Of a DNA stretch of 40,000 bases, positions 34,831 to 40,000 are shown piece by piece. Numbering within the stretch: the first letter of the stretch is position 1; every line of letters starts with the position of its first letter. A program made the translations under genes and the position numbers. The notes beneath the pieces are model-generated. The model was not told the origin of the DNA and did no database searches. It worked only from the letters and a program-made list of their open reading frames with translations. Source of the stretch: an uncultured Candidatus Peribacteria bacterium (GTDB lineage Bacteria; Patescibacteriota; Gracilibacteria; UBA1369; 2-02-FULL-48-14); contig CAZGUT010000004.1 in the NCBI GenBank assembly GCA_964529435.1, positions 51,765 through 91,764 on the forward strand. Reading direction: 5' to 3'.

Positions 34831-37085
34831 TAAATCAGTGGCATATCAAAATCCTCAGCCTGCTGAATAACAGTATTTCCTTCACCCTCAGCCGGCGCTT
34901 CTTCAGACGCCTCATCCCATTTCCGCAAATTCGCTTCCACCTCGTCTTTCGGCGTACAATACTTTTCTCGCGATAAATCAATAATCTTCTTACTATGATC
35001 ATCTTTTTCCTCGTAAAACATATCCATAGTCCGTCCAGAAAATGCCTCAGTCAGCTCACCATCAATAGACATCTTTGTGTAGAACTCTCGTACACCCAAA
35101 TTAATAATGTCACGAACATGGAAAATCGGAGTGTATTCCTCCGCCAAAATCACCGCATCTTCAGCACCAACGCGGAAACTAACCATGGAACCAACATTAC
35201 CAAACACCGTTTTTCTAACCTCCTCACTTAGCTGCCCAACAAACTGATGAGCAATCGTCAAACAAAGATGATACTTCCTCGCCTCAGACAAAATCTCCTC
35301 AAAAGTGTCAGTCGCAAAATTCTGAAACTCATCCACGTAAAAATAGAAATCCTTCCTGTCCTCCTCACGCATATCCGCCCTAGCCATCGCGGCTTGATAA
35401 ATCTTCGTCACAATCATAGATCCAATCAACTGAGAATTTTCCTCACCCAAAAGCCCCTTTGAAACTTTCATCAGTAGAATCTTCTCGTTATCCATAATAT
35501 CCCGAATATTGAAGGTATTTATCGGCTGTCCAATAATATTCCGAATCATATTCGTAGAAACAAGCTGCCCAACTTTATTTAGCAGCGGCGTAATCGCCTC
35601 AGCATCAAACTTCTCACTCCAACCTGCAAACTCATTCACCCAAAAATTCTTCACCACAGAATCCTGAATCCGCGCAATAATCGTCTGCCTATAATTCTTG
35701 TCAGACAACATCTTCAAAATCGAAAGCACAGTCGTATTCGGCGAATCCAAAAGCGCCAGTGTCGTATACCTCAGTACATGCTCCAAACGATCCGACCAGT
35801 TCCCACCAAACAATTTTTTAAAGATATCAATAAATCCAATCGTAATCTGCATTTTAAATTTCTCATCTACCTTTTCCAGTGGGTTAAAAGCGATTGGAAA
35901 ATCCACATCTCCCGGGTCAAAATAAACCACATCCTTCATTCGCTCCGGCGGGACTGCACGCAATATATTATCAACAAGATCTCCATGCGGATCCAACACA
36001 GCAATACCTTTCCCCGCCAAAATATCCTTCTTCACAAGCAGCTCCAACAGCTTGGATTTACCTGTACCACTCTTCCCAACAACATAAAGATGCCGTCTCC
36101 GATCCTCACGCTTAATTCCAAAATCCTGGTAATTATTGTGGTAATTCGTGATTCCAAACATCGAAATCTCACGCTCTTTTCTTGTCGGTAAATTCTTCGG
36201 CGGCTCATGCTTCTTTGCCAAAATATGCACAATATGCGGCACATGATCCGCGTTCGGGAAATGATAAAGCGTAGCCAGTTCATGTGCTCCAATTGTTACT
36301 GGTTTCTTCATTTTCCGTGAACGATATTCTTTCAAAAACGACTTCCCACTTTTGATCCGCTCCATCACAAATTCGTTGTAGTCAGTCTTGTTGAATTGAT
36401 AAAGAGCCTTTGCCATCGCCAAAAGATTTTTCTCCGCATCCTCAGCATTTTCAGCAACCGCCCCAACCTTCACCTGAATGCGAAACGGATTGTGTTCTGT
36501 CTTCCCAACAAAATGCGCATCTTCCTCAGTAAAAAATAATTTCTTCGACTTCAATCGCACATAATTCTTAATTCTAAATAGTCTAAAAATACTGTTAAGC
36601 CGCATTTTTACTCGGCGACCAAAATGATAAAGCCAGTTGTCTTTCCGTGGTGAAACCAAAATTTGCACCCAAGCCTGATCTTTAGGGCCAAGCTTAGAGA
36701 TCACAGAAAAGACACCGGAAAGAGAATCAACTTCAAACTCTTCATAATTTTTCAACGGATAAATATCACTTCGCGCCAAATGCGCAGAAGTCCCCAAAAG
36801 AACCTGATTCTCCGGATCAAAAAAGTTCGTATAATCCTTCCTCGGCCTAATCTCACAATCTGGGAAAGTCGCATAAATCAAACCTTCAACAAGCTTAGTA
36901 ATCTCCGGTTCACAACCAATGAAAAAATAGGTGTATTGGCTATACCCAAAAAACTCAAAAGAAAGCTTCTTCCCCTTAGAGGTATTATGCAAATTATCCA
37001 AAAACTGTAGGAACAAATGCTCTTTTTTTGGGTCGTCAGGCGTACCCTGCTCAATTACGACTTGTAGAAAGTCCATTTCCATCAT
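34830..37085 (-). CDS. VirD4/TraG/TraD-like (type IV coupling protein-like) P-loop ATPase with a novel soluble N-terminal domain
   Basis: Walker A LYVVGKSGTGKSKLLELL, VLDPHGDL, Walker B DFYFYVDEFQNFA, LTIAHQFVGQL. The ~330-aa N-terminal region has no TM helices and ends HELATLYHFPN. 751 aa. Confidence 0.8.
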   Translation of the reverse strand: MMEMDFLQVVIEQGTPDDPKKEHLFLQFLDNLHNTSKGKKLSFEFFGYSQYTYFFIGCEPEITKLVEGLIYATFPDCEIRPRKDYTNFFDPENQVLLGTSAHLARSDIYPLKNYEEFEVDSLSGVFSVISKLGPKDQAWVQILVSPRKDNWLYHFGRRVKMRLNSIFRLFRIKNYVRLKSKKLFFTEEDAHFVGKTEHNPFRIQVKVGAVAENAEDAEKNLLAMAKALYQFNKTDYNEFVMERIKSGKSFLKEYRSRKMKKPVTIGAHELATLYHFPNADHVPHIVHILAKKHEPPKNLPTRKEREISMFGITNYHNNYQDFGIKREDRRRHLYVVGKSGTGKSKLLELLVKKDILAGKGIAVLDPHGDLVDNILRAVPPERMKDVVYFDPGDVDFPIAFNPLEKVDEKFKMQITIGFIDIFKKLFGGNWSDRLEHVLRYTTLALLDSPNTTVLSILKMLSDKNYRQTIIARIQDSVVKNFWVNEFAGWSEKFDAEAITPLLNKVGQLVSTNMIRNIIGQPINTFNIRDIMDNEKILLMKVSKGLLGEENSQLIGSMIVTKIYQAAMARADMREEDRKDFYFYVDEFQNFATDTFEEILSEARKYHLCLTIAHQFVGQLSEEVRKTVFGNVGSMVSFRVGAEDAVILAEEYTPIFHVRDIINLGVREFYTKMSIDGELTEAFSGRTMDMFYEEKDDHSKKIIDLSREKYCTPKDEVEANLRKWDEASEEAPAEGEGNTVIQQAEDFDMPLI

Positions 37086-37161
37086 TACATTTTAACATAT
37101 TTTTACAGATTAGCCAACCTGCAAACAACATCTTTCGCAGGAGAGTAATTCTAAGCCCTAT

Positions 37162-38811
37162 TTATGCATATTTCAAATCTCTGAAACACTCCTGGCAATA
37201 CACAGTTTGACCTGATCCAGGAACATAAGGAGCTCTTATGTCTTTAGAACATTTTGTACACTGCCAGTCCCAAAGCCGCCGATAATTCCGTAAGGCCAAA
37301 CGATCCAAATATCTCTGATCCAAACAAGTCCTTGGCAGCGCAACCCCCAATTTCCTGTAAATCGCAAGCTCCCGCGGAACAATTTTATAAAACTTGCCAG
37401 TTTGCTCACACTTCAAAATTTTCTCACAAACATCATTCGGCGTATCTTTAACATGGTCCGGCAACTCATAAGCCTCACCTTGAAAACCCTGATCCTCATT
37501 TTCCTCCTTCCACCCATAACCCCGCGCTTCAGCTTGCTCCTGACTCAACGGATAATATTCCTGCGCAATCGTCTCGTTATACGCAAATGGCGAAAACCGA
37601 GCCGGAAAAAACTCACCCCATTCGTCACCCATATGTTCAATTAACTTAGCCCTCAACTCCTCATACTCTTCCTCCGAATATTGCTTATTCAAAACACAAA
37701 ATTTCTTGTGTCGTAGTCCAACACATCCAAACAAGTCATGACTGTTGTGGCAAATATCAACATAGTCCGAACTATTCATGTCATATGAAACACTCGCAAA
37801 CTTCAAAAATTTCCCTCGATTACATCCATGGCACTCATACTGCCGTTCACACTCAAACGCCGATTCATAAACGTCATAACAGTCGTTCATATGCCCAGCC
37901 TCATAACAATACCGGCAATCCCGCGACTCAATCACATCAAAACTATCCAGAACATTCTTGCATTTCATCATGCAGTCACCCTCACAATCCTCACACATAA
38001 TCAACAGACCAGCTCTTTTAGGTGCATTCTTGATCATCTCTTTATATTCTCGCAAAAACCCCATCAAAACTTCATAAGATCCCAAATCAATCTCACCCAT
38101 AAACTCCGCGTACTGTTCACGTGTCATCTGTTCATTCCGCACACAATATTCCTTTCGCTGCAAATTACTGCACATAAAACAACTCGTACAATTCGTGCAG
38201 CCGTACAAAAACGCAGACTCCGTGGAAAAATCTGAAAAGAAATTATAAATATTTCTAAAGCCCGTCACCTGATACTGATCCTCGTAACAAAGCTGACAAT
38301 CCTCAATGTTGTAACAGTCCACACAGTCCTGACAATTAATCATCCATTTCGAATAAAAAATATCCTGCCCCCTCGCCGTATCCACAGTCATATAACAATC
38401 CTTATTATTTTCCGAATGATTGGTGTAGTCACTATTCTGACTATTTTTTTGATAAAGCGCCAAACGCGGAACCTTCAGCTGGAGCTCATGCATCTGCTCA
38501 AAAAACGACTTCCCAAGATCCACATCCAACCCAAAATCCAGCGCATTCCACTTATCACTCCACCAACAATCATTGCAGTAAACCGTATACGATGAATCCG
38601 CATGATAAATTGAAATAATCTGCTTCCCGCACGCATCACACTTTCTATGATAAAAATTCCGCTCATTCCGCCAACTCATCCGCCTCAGCTGCCTCTCATC
38701 CGGACAAAGACTCGGCAGCGACAAACCATTTTCCTCATAAAACTTCTGATCTCGCTCATCAACCATAAACTCCACTCCAGACCGCCGACATTTTTGTTTT
38801 ATATCTGCCAT
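37162..38811 (-). CDS. Cys-rich multi-zinc-ribbon protein (549 aa), internally duplicated
   Basis: Homologous N- and C-terminal modules: KCRRSGVEFMV..QKFYEENGLSLPSLCPDERQLRR...CDACGKQI...VYCNDCW and KCEQTGKFYKIV..LAIYRKLGVALPRTCLDQRYLDR...CTKCSKDI...VYCQECF. The central region is densely Cys-rich. ATG start, uninterrupted ORF. Confidence 0.75.
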   Translation of the reverse strand: MADIKQKCRRSGVEFMVDERDQKFYEENGLSLPSLCPDERQLRRMSWRNERNFYHRKCDACGKQIISIYHADSSYTVYCNDCWWSDKWNALDFGLDVDLGKSFFEQMHELQLKVPRLALYQKNSQNSDYTNHSENNKDCYMTVDTARGQDIFYSKWMINCQDCVDCYNIEDCQLCYEDQYQVTGFRNIYNFFSDFSTESAFLYGCTNCTSCFMCSNLQRKEYCVRNEQMTREQYAEFMGEIDLGSYEVLMGFLREYKEMIKNAPKRAGLLIMCEDCEGDCMMKCKNVLDSFDVIESRDCRYCYEAGHMNDCYDVYESAFECERQYECHGCNRGKFLKFASVSYDMNSSDYVDICHNSHDLFGCVGLRHKKFCVLNKQYSEEEYEELRAKLIEHMGDEWGEFFPARFSPFAYNETIAQEYYPLSQEQAEARGYGWKEENEDQGFQGEAYELPDHVKDTPNDVCEKILKCEQTGKFYKIVPRELAIYRKLGVALPRTCLDQRYLDRLALRNYRRLWDWQCTKCSKDIRAPYVPGSGQTVYCQECFRDLKYA

Positions 38812-38965
38812 AAATTAATCCCGATAGATTTGCGTTAGATGTTATTTGTCTTTTGATATGACGCCGGCGTTTTTCTTTAACCTGAATGCTAATATTTCTC
38901 CTCTAAATAACATTGCTCACAGTATACCCTAAAAAGTTTTCCACAACACACACGAGCCTTTCCAT

Positions 38966-38988
38966 AAAAAATTCAGGAAAAATTCAGG
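38966..38988. repeat. Tandem direct repeat AAAAATTCAGG x2
   Basis: aaaaaattcagg-aaaaattcagg in the divergent intergenic region, about 50 nt upstream of the TA promoter candidate. Confidence 0.5.
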
Positions 38989-39013
38989 ACAAGCGTAAGT
39001 CTTCTCTGCTATC

Positions 39014-39042
39014 TTGTTTATTGATCTATTCCATGATACAAT
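39014..39042 (+). promoter_or_regulatory. Candidate promoter of the toxin-antitoxin cassette
   Basis: TTGTTT -17 nt- TACAAT. This argues against the TTG (39014) and probably the ATG (39047) starts of the track ORF. Confidence 0.3.
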
Positions 39043-39073
39043 ATTTATGAATTTAATTAATTTAACTAAATTT

Positions 39074-39316
39074 ATGAATACTTATACTCTGAAAATGTTT
39101 AACACAGGTCAAATCACTTTACCCAAAGCATGGCGTGAAAAATTCAAGACCAAACATTTCATCGCCGAACAAACGGACAAAGGACTTCTCATCAAACCAA
39201 TCCTTCCAGAAGAAGAAGTGGTTTATTACGAAAATGATGAAAGTTGTGGCTTATTTTTTCCCAAAGGAGTAGATCCGCAAGTTTTAATTGATAAAATAGA
39301 CGAAATCGATGGATAA
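39074..39316 (+). CDS. AbrB/MazE/SpoVT-type antitoxin
   Basis: FNTGQITLPKAWREKFKTKHFIAEQTDKGLLIKPI is a SpoVT-AbrB swapped-hairpin motif. Its stop overlaps the toxin start (ATGGATAA). The start could be the ATG at 39074 or 39095. Confidence 0.7.
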   Translation: MNTYTLKMFNTGQITLPKAWREKFKTKHFIAEQTDKGLLIKPILPEEEVVYYENDESCGLFFPKGVDPQVLIDKIDEIDG

Positions 39317-39560
39317 AATAGGGAAATTTTTAAAACAACTGCAAAAGAAAAAACGAAAATTTTTAAAAGAAAAAATTTTCCCAAAAATAAAAAATTTAAA
39401 TTTACAAGGTTTAGACGTGAAAGCCTTAACAGGTTATAAAGGGCTTTATAGAGTGAAGTTAAACAAAACAAGAATCATCTTTTTTAAAGACGAAAAAAAC
39501 AAACGAGGTGTAATAATTGCGGCAGATTATCGCAAAAATGTCTACAAAAAATTTCAATAA
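39309..39560 (+). CDS. RelE/ParE-family toxin
   Basis: LTGYKGLYRVKLNKTRIIFFKDEKNKRGVIIAADYRKNVYK matches the RelE/ParE core (L.G....R.R.G.YRII........I.I....R...Y). 83 aa, translationally coupled to the antitoxin. Confidence 0.7.
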   Translation: MDKIGKFLKQLQKKKRKFLKEKIFPKIKNLNLQGLDVKALTGYKGLYRVKLNKTRIIFFKDEKNKRGVIIAADYRKNVYKKFQ

Positions 39561-40000
39561 ACTTCCTTTAAATAACACTCCTCACAATACACAATCTCCG
39601 GCTTCTCCGGCGAAAAACTTGTGTACATCTTCGTGCCGCATTTCGCGCAATCACGTTCCCAGCCAAATCGCGGATTCCTGAGCTCCATCCGATCCAAATA
39701 TCGCTGATTCGGCGATCTCCGCGGCAAAGGAATACCGTGCTTCTTATAAAACGCCAATTCCTGAGGAATAATCTTGTAATGTTCACCGCTCACCTCACAG
39801 GTGAAAATCTGCTTACATATCGAATCATCCGCTCCCATCGCCGTATCCGGCAGCTCTATCGCCGGTCCTTGATATGAAGCTTTGCCTTTTGGATCCTTCC
39901 ACTTTAATCCACGCGCCTTCACTTCTTCTTCGCTAAGTGGCAAATAATCCTGAGCCACGGTCTCATTGTAGGCGTACGGGCTCATAGTCATCGGAAAAAA
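39554..40000 (-). CDS. Paralogue of the multi-zinc-ribbon protein (C-terminal part; 5' end outside window)
   Basis: The frame stays open to base 40000 (FFP precedes the listed Met, matching GEFFPARFSPFAYNET of the 549-aa protein). SPYAYNETVAQDYLPLS...GEHYKIIPQELAFYKKHGIPLPRR..QRYLDRMELRN...CAKCGTKM...VYCEECY aligns along the whole length. Confidence 0.8.
   Translation of the reverse strand, partial: FFPMTMSPYAYNETVAQDYLPLSEEEVKARGLKWKDPKGKASYQGPAIELPDTAMGADDSICKQIFTCEVSGEHYKIIPQELAFYKKHGIPLPRRSPNQRYLDRMELRNPRFGWERDCAKCGTKMYTSFSPEKPEIVYCEECYLKEVY

Noticed and set aside
35698-36191. + strand ORFs of 73-137 aa
   Set aside because: They are antisense to the ATPase gene, whose Walker motifs fix the coding strand and frame.
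37254-38235. Several 65-135-aa + strand ORFs
   Set aside because: They are antisense to the 549-aa zinc-ribbon gene, and the translations are low-complexity.

Overview
The window looks like a chromosomal segment of a small-genome bacterium using the standard genetic code. The gene content suggests a CPR/Patescibacteria-like lineage, but that is inference only.

Layout:
- 1-5345 (+): tightly packed operon ftsW(partial)-murG-GT4 glycosyltransferase-bPH membrane protein-lemA-miaB.
- 5342-5896 (-): orphan gene.
- 6173-10754 (+): two-gene surface operon. It encodes a 975-aa secreted protein with exact C-x20-C-x3-C-x4-C repeats and a 550-aa FN3 + 3xSLH protein.
- 10751-14063 (-): orphan gene, a short alaS lacking the C-Ala domain, and a putative lipoprotein.
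- 14319-18942 (+): HTH-HNH protein, a membrane-anchored protein and a DUF4012-like protein.
- 19011-24127: a 262-aa orphan (+) converging on an 843-aa orphan (-) that lies directly downstream of mutL (-).
- 24214-34616 (+): ClpP-fold protein, an unexplained ~390-nt gap, LysM-M23 peptidase, solitary MazF-like toxin, EamA transporter, yidD, purH, uppP, two archaeal-type purP paralogues and a charge-bipolar membrane protein.
- 34618-34830: two adjacent ~105-nt hairpins.
- 34830-40000: a soluble VirD4/TraG-like P-loop ATPase preceded by a 549-aa multi-zinc-ribbon protein. A second, partial paralogue of that protein lies further along, and an AT-rich AbrB/RelE toxin-antitoxin (TA) cassette is inserted between the two paralogues.

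No rRNA, tRNA, CRISPR array or transposase could be supported.

Strongest candidates for undescribed biology:
- the ATPase + zinc-ribbon module
- the Cys-repeat/SLH surface operon
- the purH + 2x purP arrangement
- the twin giant hairpins

All family assignments come from motif recognition by eye. No searches were run.
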